This document shows positions 9,932 through 19,156 of a stretch of DNA of 28,958 nt, in pieces. How positions within the stretch are numbered: the stretch's first letter is position 1; the number at the start of each line of letters is the position of its first letter. Origin of the DNA: Chiloscyllium plagiosum (Eukaryota). The position numbers were made by a program, and so were the translations under genes. Below the pieces are notes generated by a model. That model searched no databases. It worked only from the letters and a program-made list of their open reading frames with translations, and was not told the origin of the DNA. The stretch spans positions 83,680,465 to 83,709,422 of the forward strand of contig NC_057711.1 in the NCBI RefSeq assembly GCF_004010195.1, in the 5' to 3' direction.

Positions 9932-10852
9932 TGTTATGGACTAGACCAAACCCCCTCAAAATATATCATGGAGACAGCCTTAACCCTAATGTTCATCCAG
10001 GCATGGTGGCTCAGTGGTTAGCACTGCTGCCTCACAGCACCAGGGACCCTGGTTCGATTCCTGCCTTGTGCAACTGTCTGTGTGGAGTTTCCTCCAGGTG
10101 CTTGGTGTTTCCTCCTACATTCCAAAAGTTGTGTAGGTCAGGTGAATTGGCCAAGCTAAATAGCCCATAGTGTTAGGTGCATTAGTCAAGGGTAAATGTA
10201 GGGGAATGGGTCTGGGTAGGTTGCTTCTCATGGGTTGGTGTGGACTTGTTGGGCCGAAGGGCCTGTTTCCATGCTGTAGGGAATCTAATCTTATTTACAG
10301 ACAGGTCTAAGGTACTGCACTCCAGATGTGATTTGATTGGTCACACTACTAGGCTTTAGGAAAAATAAACTTTCTTCTTACACTATAGTTAAATTACAAA
10401 CTAAAGCAAAAACGATTGTATAACTTCAACTCTATCGGAAAACATGACAGAATAATAGATTATTTAACTACTAAAAACTGTTCCAATATGGCAACATCCC
10501 TTAAACTCATCCTTGGCAAAGGCAAATTCAGTAAAATAGATTGCCTCATATGTGATGTATCTCCAATCCAGAAAGAAAGAACACCGAGAGAAAAATTCTG
10601 GCAGAGAGGGGTGTAAGGCAGCTTCCACAACCAATAGCAAAACCTGAACACTGGAAGTTAAACTATAATCCTGGTTCTATGGGAACCTGACCCCATCCAT
10701 TGAAGCTGCTTCTTTTGTTCTAACTTTAAAAAAAATCACAACCTCACAAGCTGTTTATTTATTTCAAAGCGATAGCTTGACACCTCTGCTTAAAGCCTCT
10801 GTCAAAAATAAACAGGACAAAATACATCTCTTCAAGCCATAGTATTGTCACT
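9932..10852 (-). mobile_element. Solo LTR (probably Gypsy-type) interrupted by an HE1 SINE
   Basis: Begins TGTTATGG and ends GTATTGTCAC(T), a decayed TG...CA. About 630 bp after removing the SINE. Resembles a shark LTR family from recall. No clean TSD; orientation is tentative. Confidence 0.6.
10000..10290 (+). mobile_element. HE1-type SINE (tRNA head, partly deleted V-core, CR1/HER1-derived tail)
   Basis: A box TGGCTCAGTGG (10007-10017), B box GGTTCGATTCC (10051-10061), core CTGTCTGTGTGGAGTTT. The tail GGACTTGTTGGGCCGAAGGGCCTGTTTCCATGCTGTA matches the CR1 3' UTR at 15195-15240. Ends AATCTAATC. Confidence 0.93.
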
Positions 10853-13289
10853 CAGTACTGTTTGATCTTATGGTTGCATTAAAGATTGACATTTTCACCT
10901 ATGATCCACTTTATACGAATATAAGCACCACCTGCTGGTGTACTGGTAGCAATGGAATGCTTTAAATGCATCATCAAATAAAGTTGTTAAGTTTATACAG
11001 CACATACATGTGGATATCAACCTCTGCTTAGTCCATGTCATTTCAGTACCACCCCTCACCTTCAGAGACACAATCTAAGGGCTGTCTTATCCAACCCTCA
11101 GTGTGGCTCATAGACAATTTCCTTGGAAACAGTTACTTTTGGGCATCAATCCAATGAAAAGACCATGTGGACAGATGACCTCTGCACAAGGTTTCAAATG
11201 GTACAAATTACTCTTTCATCCAGCAAAACATTACCTTCTCCCATCCAGATGATTGGTTCAGATTGTCACAGGTAATGCATGGTATCACATCTACCCTCTG
11301 TGTGACTCATGGCAGCAAACCTCAAACTTACTGTTTTATTTTTGTAGCCAAACTGCACGGCTGTTAAACCACTTGGTTGCTTTGTGAAATTGAAGCTGTA
11401 TCCATTACCGTTTCAAGAAGTTCGAACCATGTACTGTGCAGCCTAAGCACCAACCTTGTGCTTTCACAGACATCAAACCTTGCGTACAAGTCTTTGAGAA
11501 ACTGCAGGAGAGAATTTTATGTCAGACCTATCATTACTACCTTCATTTGCACAGTATGCCACAGAGGCAGTCAAAGCATTGTCAAACACTGGGCTGGATC
11601 TGTGAATATCTGATCAGATTTTGCAAACTGCATGGTACCTAACTGTGAGGAGCCCATGATCCCAGTCTGTTCTTCACACCAGAGCTCACACTCCATTCTT
11701 CACTGGCTATCCACATTACATCAAATTCAGCAAAAGTCCCTTTCATCTTTGGGACTGGCATGATTAACTGTCCAGTCTGAATGTCACATGTTTTGTCACA
11801 CATGTACCAACTGGTGCAAGGCACCTGCCTTTGTAAGCAAGCTTCCATTCAAACGCTTCCTCTGGGTTGCGACCAATACACAGGTTGGTTTACTTCCTGC
11901 ACAATGAAATCACCACACCTATGTCTTGGTCACCCATCATGTCATCAAATCAAATCAGTCTCACCTCTCTGCAATATATAACTTTCTCTCTGGACCTTCC
12001 CCATACACTGTCATTCGTCCAGTCTTTGAGTGACCTTTCAGAGGTGATTACCATTTTGTTTTCTGTCAATGTTGTTAAGAGTGAGTGATAAATCATTTTA
12101 GTTAAACAAGAGTGACATGACTACTTCCATCATCGCCAATGTACACCATAACATCTTAAAGCAGGATTCCCCAAAAAGTGAGTCTGGACTTCTCGAAGGA
12201 ATGCAAGCATAAATTTTGGGGTCACAAGCAGATGGAACAGCAATGACCATTGTAGAGCTCTGGCTGAGTTATAACAATGGTAGTCCTGCTTAACAGCCTG
12301 ACCTTCACTCTCCCAATTCTTACTGAGGGGTCATGACAAACCTTAAGCTTCAAAATAGAGTCGCAATAGGAAAGGTTTTGGGAAGTACAGACATAACAGG
12401 CACTCTCCCCAGTTGAACATTAAGCTTCATCTATCAGATGGTCCGCAAGCTTTCGTATGGACTGACCCTGCCCCTGGAATTTTTACCCTATTTGGAGAAA
12501 AGCTGCTTCAAGAGCACCATATTTGTCATTAAACCCAGGAGATCAAAGAACCCCTTCAAAACCCTATAGCAGAGAAGCCCGTATGGGAACTCAAGAGCCA
12601 GCTTTTACACATGGATACCTAATCACTCCTGTGGCACATCTATTGGTACTGCAAATTCAACTCAGACCTTTGTTCCTAAGGTCATTCAATGAGACAATTA
12701 CACAGAGAGACATGTTCCTCTGACAGGGTGATTGAGATTCATCCTTGACTCTCTTCAGGTCAATTAATTATGCATCAGAAATCCAAGCCTCCCCAGGAGT
12801 ATAACAAACATTCATTCCAGTTGATTTTGCTGATGTACCTTAGTGCTGACCACAAGTCACAGACCAGCCTATTTAACGACCTATGTCAATGACATTTGGC
12901 ACAATACAAGTTTATTAGATTCCAGTCACATAGCACAACTTGTCAAATTAAGAGATTGGAATGCTACAAAGCCTCTTTCTTCTGTGATCTGCTCCATTTC
13001 CACCGAAAGTGAATATTTCCCTTCAGCTGGTCTCTTCTGGCAAACACTAGCATATCAATTGAGTTGTCTGTATTTTTCACAACTATGGGGTCCTCACAAA
13101 TTTCACAGCCTATGATGAGTGCCCCAGTCTTGTCCCAGACTCCTGAGCTGTCACCCATCATACCCTCAGCAATGCAATGACACCAATACTTGATGGAGAA
13201 AGTGAGGTCTGCAGATGCTGGAGATCAGAGCTGAAAATGTGTTGCTGGAAAAGCGCAGCAGGTCAGGCAGCATCCAGGGAACAGGAGAA

Positions 13290-13321
13290 TCGACGTTTCG
13301 GGCATAAGCCCTTCTTCAGGA
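13290..13321 (-). ncRNA. Minimal hammerhead ribozyme motif (left arm)
   Basis: Exact reverse complement of 13328-13359. Confidence 0.75.
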
Positions 13322-13327
13322 AGCCTT

Positions 13328-13359
13328 TCCTGAAGAAGGGCTTATGCCCGAAACGTCGA
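13328..13359 (+). ncRNA. Minimal hammerhead ribozyme motif (right arm)
   Basis: TC-CTGAAGA-A-GGGC-TTAT-GCCC-GAAA-CG-TC/GA. Cores are intact, ACGT palindrome sits in stem III, predicted cleavage is after C13357. Stem I is only ~2 bp. Confidence 0.75.
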
Positions 13360-14099
13360 TTCTCCTGTTCCCTGGATGCTGCCTGACCTGCTGCGCTTTT
13401 CCAGCAACACATTTTCAGCACCAATACTTGATCCAGAGCCACATTCTTTTATTGCCTATTATAGTTAGGCAGTCCCCAAACACACGCTCCATCTGGGCTC
13501 CTAATCATTTTGGCTCTAAGCACACCTAACCAGGTGTCAACGTACTCCATTAACCCTGTTTCTGCTATGTCTGGCTTTGAGATATTCAACTGTCAGAAAC
13601 CCTTCTCAAATCATCTGACAGATTTTATACTTCAGGATGAATGGCAACATTAGGGCAGAGTCTGGTGGGTAATCTGACCTGTCAGTATGTCCAAAATGCA
13701 TATTGTTTGTTGTGATTTCAATGTGTTGGTTGGAATTCCCCTCGCAAAGATGTTTTTCTGTCTGACATTTATGATTTTGCAACTAAGTGTATTGTTTATT
13801 GTACTGCTTGATTCTGTCATTAATGTTTTCTCTTGAACACTGTTGATATTATGAACCAGTTTATGTATCAACCTGAAGGTAAAGACAGCCTATTGCCACA
13901 GTGTCGTTCCCACTCATAACATGTTTGTTCACAAAGAAAAATTAATATGTAAGAAGTTCTTAGTTAGAAAATGGTTAACCTAAAATTGCATTAAAATCGT
14001 TTTTTTTGATCAGTGCTATCAAATGAAACCTTTCGAAAACAGCAGCAAATAGAATAAGAGTAATGATTTTCTATTGCATTTGCACTTTTTTATCTAGGT

Positions 14100-15170
14100 G
14101 AAAAAAAATCTAATTTGCTCATGTCAGTTCCCAATCATGCCTGCTTCTCACTAGTAGTGACAAACGGTTAGGACAACCAATGTATTTAACTACATGTAAC
14201 TATCACAGTGGCCAATGACTGGCAGAAAGTAGTCAGTGGGCAATTAGCACACTCCAGTTCAAAAGCAATGCAGACAGCAGGCAAACTTCCGACTGCCTGC
14301 TAATTTAAATGATAGTGGCATGCTGCCCAGCGCTTAACATACTGTCGAATGGCTGTATGTCTCAGCAGGCAGCCTGCATTCATACAAGGTTAGCACTTAA
14401 AGCTAACCTATACCTCTTAAAACAGAGACAGTTTCTCATTGCAATCGGTCCTGGAAGCTATTGTAGAAGAATGTCTAACCTACAAGGTACAATATGGCAA
14501 AGAACAGGCTCCAAGAGATTCTGATACATATTCAAGACTCAGGCACAAGATGTAGAGGGAAGAAAGTTTCTCTCAGCACACCAGCCTCCCCAAATATTTA
14601 GAAAGAAATAATGCAAATAGAGACAATACCATCCTGCAAACTTGGTTGTAGTGCTGATACTGATAATGATAATGACAAAAATATCACACCGGTGATTAAA
14701 TTCAATGAATTCATCTTCAATTACCTTATTTTCACAGATGAAACACAAACCTCATAATTTTCATGATAGCACACCCATTTCACTCACCTGTCAACAGTTC
14801 CTATCAAGCACTTACCCTATCATACCTAATACTGTATAGTTTTGCCTTACCCTCACACATCGGGCACTGCTGCAAGCCTTGCACATTTTACAAACAGGCA
14901 GCGACATCACCAATAATACTCATCACTATCACAGACACTCTTGTCTCCCTCTTCCAGGTCAAGTTGACAGAAAACTATAGGCAAGAGTAGCCAACCTGCT
15001 AACCTGCAACTGGGCATACCTCACCCCCCCACCCCATAGAAACATCAGTGGTTGCATAGTGTTACTGTTACTGAAGCTTTGGCCAGTACAGAGACCATAG
15101 AAGATAACAATATACAAACATTGTCTGATGCCCAATCTCTTTGTTTCTGTACACGACAAGCAAAGGCCAC
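14100..15170 (+). mobile_element. Decayed PIF/Harbinger Myb/SANT-like gene region (exon 1, intron, start of exon 2)
   Basis: 14487-14525 reads VQYGKEQAPRDSD (cf. recalled MAQHGRERAPRFSD). A C/A-rich intron-like tract follows, then acceptor CTCTTCCAG (14949-14957) and GTCAAGTTGACAGAAAAC (~DKVAHN). Boundaries are approximate. Confidence 0.5.
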
Positions 15171-15174
15171 CCAA

Positions 15175-16475
15175 CATAGAGTCATAGAAATGTACAGCAT
15201 GGAAACAGACCCTTTGGTCCAACCCGTCCATGCCGACCAGATATCCCAATCCAATCTAGTCCCACCTGCCAGCACCCGGCCCATATTTCTCCAAACCCTT
15301 CCTATTCATATACCCATCCAAATGCCTTTTAAATGTTGCAATTGTACCAGCCTCCACCACATCCTCTGGCAGCTCATTCCATACACTTACCACCCTCTGC
15401 GTGAAAAGGTTGCCCCTTAGGTCTCTTTTATATCTTTCCCCTCTCACCCTAAACCTATGCCCTCTAGTTTTGGACACCCCAAACCCAGGAAAAAGACTTT
15501 GCCTATTTATCCTATCCATGCCCCTCATAATTTTGTAAACCTCTATACGGTCACCCCTCAGCCTCCGACGCTCAAGGGAAAACAGCCCGAGCCTGTTCAG
15601 CCTCTCCCTGTAGCTCAGATCCTCCAACCCTGGCAACATCCTTGTAAATCTTTTCTGAACACTTTCAAGTTTCACAACATCTTTCCGATTGGAAGGAGAC
15701 CAGAATTGCACGCAATATTCCAACAATGGCCTAACCAATGTCCTGTAAAGCTGCAACATGACCTCCCAACTCCTGTACTCCATACTCTGACCAATAAAGG
15801 AAAGCATACCAAAAGCCTTCTTCACTATCCTATGTACCTGCGACTCCACTTTCAAGGAGCTATGAATCTGCACTCCAAGGTCACTTTGTTCAGCAACACT
15901 CCCTAGGACCTTACCATTAAGTGTATAAGTCCTGCTAAGATTTGCTTTCCCAAAATGCAGCACCTCGTATTTATCTGAATTAAACTCCATCTGCCACTTC
16001 TCAGCCCACTGGCCCATCTGGTCCAGATCCTGTTGTAATCTGAGGTAACTCTCTTCACTGTCCACTACACCTCCAATTTTGGTGTCATCTGCAAATTTAC
16101 TAACTGTACCTCTTATGCTCATATCCAAATCATTTATGTAAATGGCAAAAAGTAGAGGGCCCAGCACTGATCCTTGTGGCACTCCGTTGGTCACAGGCCT
16201 CCACTCTGAAAAACAACCCTCCACCACCACTCTCTGTCTTCTACCTTTGAGCCAGTTCTGTATCCAAATGGCTAGTTCTCCCTGTATTCTATAAGATCTA
16301 ACCTTGCTAATCAGTCTCCCATGGGGAACCTTGTCGAACGCCTTACTGAAGTCCATATAGATCACATCTACTGCTCTGCCCTCATCAATCTTCTTTGTTA
16401 CTTCTTCAAAAAACTCAATCAAGTTTGTGAGACATGATTTCCCATGCACAAAGCCATGTTGACTATCTCAAATCA
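15175..16475 (-). mobile_element. CR1/HER1-type LINE, 5'-truncated, young
   Basis: Uninterrupted RT ORF running to its natural stop, a short 3' UTR, and tail CTATGACTCTATG (plus strand CATAGAGTCATAG at 15175). Confidence 0.96.
15256..16449 (-). pseudogene. CR1 ORF2 RT C-terminal half (397 aa, open but 5'-truncated)
   Basis: YMDFSKAFDKVPH, GVPQGSVLGPLLF, KFADDTK, LEYCVQFWSP, FTQRVVSVWNELP, GPGAGRWD*. Confidence 0.93.
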
Positions 16476-16539
16476 TCTGGGTGCTGTAACAAAAGCTCAA
16501 GGTACAGTCATGAAAATTCAGTCCCCAAATGGGCTTTAG

Positions 16540-17545
16540 ACTGCTGCCAATATGCCAATAACAGTGAAAGAATAGTGACATAATTCCAAATCAGGATGAT
16601 ATGTGACTTGGCAGAGAATGTGCAAGTGGTGGAATTCCCATCCATTCACTGCCCTTATATTTCGAGGTGGTTGAGATTGTGGGTTTTGAAAATGTTGTCA
16701 TAAGTACACAGGCAAGTTGTTGGAGTGCATCAAGCACACCGTGCTTATTGCAGCCACTGTGTACCAGTGCAGGAAATAGTGGATGTTTGAGGTGATGAAT
16801 GAAGCACTAATCAAGGAAGCTATCATTTCCTGGATGTTGTCAAAGTTCTTAAGTGCTGTTCTCTACTTAGCCAGGCAAGTGGAGAGTTTTCATCATATTC
16901 CTGACTTGTGCCATGTAGCTGGTGGGCAGACTTTGGAAAGGTCATCACAGAGTTCTCAGCCTCTGACATCTACAGTATTTATCTGCCTGATTCCATTCAG
17001 TTTCTGGCCATTAGTAACCTCCAGGCTGTTGGTGGCAAGGGTTCAAATATGTTTATACCATTGCATGTGAAAAAGAGATAGGTAGATTTTCTCTGATCAG
17101 ATATGGTTATTATCAGGTATGTGTGTGGTATGAATGTGAATTACCACAATTATTTGGCTGTTACAACCCAAACCAGGACGTAGCTGCATATGCTCTCAGA
17201 CTACTTGAGTATCTGAAGAATTACAAACGATGCTGAACATTGTGCAATCATCAATGAGCATCTCCTCTTCCTTGGACACTGCCAGTACCAACTCCTCCAG
17301 AGATGTCATGTGGCTGAGATGATTAGCACTCAGCAATCACAGCCATCTTCCTTCATGCCAAGCATGATTTCAATAAATAAAGAGTTTTCCCTCTGATTCC
17401 CACTGACTTCAATTTTGTTAGTGCTCTTTGATTCAACATTGAATGAAATACTGCTTTGATGTCAAGAGTAGTCATTGTCATCTAACCTCTGGAGTTCAGC
17501 CCTTTTTCCATGCCTGGACCAAGGCTGTGATGAGATTCCCAGTGT
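16540..17545 (-). mobile_element. Decayed LINE, second family (same as 26948-28196)
   Basis: Colinear similarity to 27130-28110 (AAATCAGGATG..GTGAC.TGG, CTGCCCTT, GGGTTTTGAAA, GTATCTGAAGA, CTGAGATGATT, TCTGGAGTTCAG). Confidence 0.8.
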
Positions 17546-17639
17546 CCACAATATTTCACTGTTGCACTTGCAAGATAGGTACTAAGGGAAGGTCTAAGAG
17601 TGATGAGTTCTGTTCTATATGGGATGTTGGGCAGTGTGT

Positions 17640-18290
17640 TAAATAAGGTAGATAATAGCAGCAGTAGGCCATTAAGTCCCTCAGGCCTACACCACAATTC
17701 TTCATCTTAGCTCATCATCTACATTAATACCATATTCCTATGCAGACTCCATATCATTAGTAACCAGAAATCTATCATTCTCTGACTTGAACTAACTTAA
17801 TATCTGAGTTCCACAGGCTCTGGGATAGAGAATTCCAAAGATTCAGCACCCTCTGAGCAAAGAAGTTCCTCTTAAGCTCAGACCTAAATAGCTTGCCTTT
17901 TACTCTGAGACTATATCTCTTGGCTTTAGACTCCACAGTCAGGCAAAACATCCCTTCTGCATGAACTCTAACTATCCCTTTAAAAACTTTGTAACTTTCT
18001 TGAGATCACCTCTCATTCTTCTAAACTTCAGCGAATCCAGGCCCAATCTCCTCAATCTCTCCTCTTGCACAGGACTACCATTCTTGGAATCAGTCTGGTG
18101 TACCCGTCACTGTTCTCTCTCTTTAGCTGTCTACGTACACCGTCCAACAAGTGCTCTATACAACTGAAATAAGCTTTCTTTGCTCCTGTCCTCAAATCCG
18201 GTTGTGATAAAGGCCAACATGCCATTTGTCATCTGAATTTGCCATTCTATGCTGTTCATTGTTTCAGCATTGTGTTCAAGGGATACTGTG
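17640..18290 (-). mobile_element. Old CR1 LINE 3' fragment
   Basis: Plus strand GCAGTAGGCCATT (3' UTR), GAATTCCAAAGATTCAGCACCCTCTGAGCAAAGAAGTT (~FFTQRV.NLWNS on minus) and GAGATCACCTCTCATTCTTCTAAAC (~RRMRGDL). ORF 18131-18328 contains NGMLAFI..G..DRSKESLFQLYRALV. Confidence 0.88.
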
Positions 18291-18389
18291 ATGGTCCATG
18301 GCACATGGATGATAAAGTTGTACAGCATAAATTTGGAGTTATGGCAACAGGAATCAGATTTGAATTAAGTATTCATGGGCAGTCCAGAT

Positions 18390-18885
18390 GGAATGTGGTG
18401 AGCTGGTTGCCTCCTCCATTATTCTTTTTCCTCCCTCTTTCCTTTTCTCGAGATGCTGGCCTTATCCCTGATGCCAAGTGCTGTGCCCTTTTGAATGTCA
18501 CATTATGGAGGATATAGAAGACCAACACCAAACACGAAACCTGCAAAGGCCCATCATGAGTGTTCCAAGCAGAGGAGCCTAACTGTGCTTGATAGTGTTG
18601 CTTGTGGCTGTATGACTCATGCTGGTCATGTGTGCTTCAGTTGAAGAACAGAATCAGAGCTAGATATAAAGCAGACAGTCCTTGCGATCAAATAGCCACC
18701 ATATATTTTGATGTGGGTGCTGAGAGATTAAAGAAACGGTAGACTGGCTCAGAATGGAAACATCGTAATTGCTGCCAAGATAGTAGACATTCACCAACAT
18801 GACTTGTTGAATATGGTTGGACACCAACTCCATATTGTGACTTCACCTTAGCATTGAAGTAGAATATTTGCAAAGTCACATGTGT
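18390..18885 (-). pseudogene. Decayed PIF/Harbinger (HARBI1-like DDE) transposase, C-terminal half
   Basis: From 18836 the minus strand reads NMELVSNHIQQVMLVNVYYLGSNYDVSILSQSTVSLISQHPHQNIWWLFDRKDC (cf. NVQLVCD....I..V.ARYPGS.HDAFIL..S........GWLLGDKGY). After frameshifts it reads SHTATSNTIK and GPLQVSCLVLVFYILHNVTFKRAQHLASGIRPASREKE (cf. CC.LHN and the charged tail). Confidence 0.82.
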
Positions 18886-19028
18886 TCAGTCAGTGAGGCA
18901 CAGGACCTCAGGGAGCCAGCTATCCTGAAAATTCCACATATATACACTGCCTACTTCGCTCTGTTCAGGGAGAACACAATGAAATCCCACAACACCAGGT
19001 TATAGTCCAACAGGTTTAATTGGAAGCA

Positions 19029-19063
19029 CACTAGCTTTTGGAGCGACGGTCCTTCATCAGGTG
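19029..19063 (-). ncRNA. Minimal hammerhead motif (mutated: GAAA to AAAA, stem II mismatch)
   Basis: Minus strand CAC-CTGATGA-A-GGACC-GTC-GCTCC-AAAA-GC-TA/GTG. Confidence 0.65.
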
Positions 19064-19121
19064 ATTGTGGAGGGCTCGATCGTAACACAGAATTCTGTGT
19101 TACGATCGAGCCCTCCACAAT

Positions 19122-19156
19122 CACGTGATGAAGGAGCGTCGCTCCGAAAGCTAGTG
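19122..19156 (+). ncRNA. Minimal hammerhead motif (mutated: C3 to G)
   Basis: CAC-GTGATGA-A-GGAGC-GTC-GCTCC-GAAA-GC-TA/GTG. Stem I CAC/GTG, stem II 5 bp, AGCT palindrome in stem III. Confidence 0.7.

Larger units (their letters stand above)
13181..13432. mobile_element. Fold-back (palindromic) mini-Penelope insertion with 14-bp TSD
   Basis: TSD CACCAATACTTGAT at 13181-13194 and 13419-13432. Tail 13195-13229. Perfect 93-bp arms 13230-13322 and 13327-13419 with loop GCCT. Confidence 0.93.

Noticed and set aside
10000..10070. tRNA-like sequence with A and B boxes
   Set aside because: It is a SINE head continuing into core and LINE-derived tail, not a tRNA gene.
13230..13419. Interpretation of the hairpins as DNA-transposon MITEs or CRISPR-like arrays
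   Set aside because: The one-sided tail, variable 12-15 bp TSDs, hammerhead motifs and homology to the coding PLE at 7077-7912 indicate a retroelement origin. There is no repeat-spacer periodicity.
13177..13529. ORFs 13177-13386 and 13344-13529, and similar ORFs at 18951-19412, 21546-21884 and 21696-21998 that share peptide words
   Set aside because: By-products of the palindromic PLE 3' UTR sequence, not a protein family.
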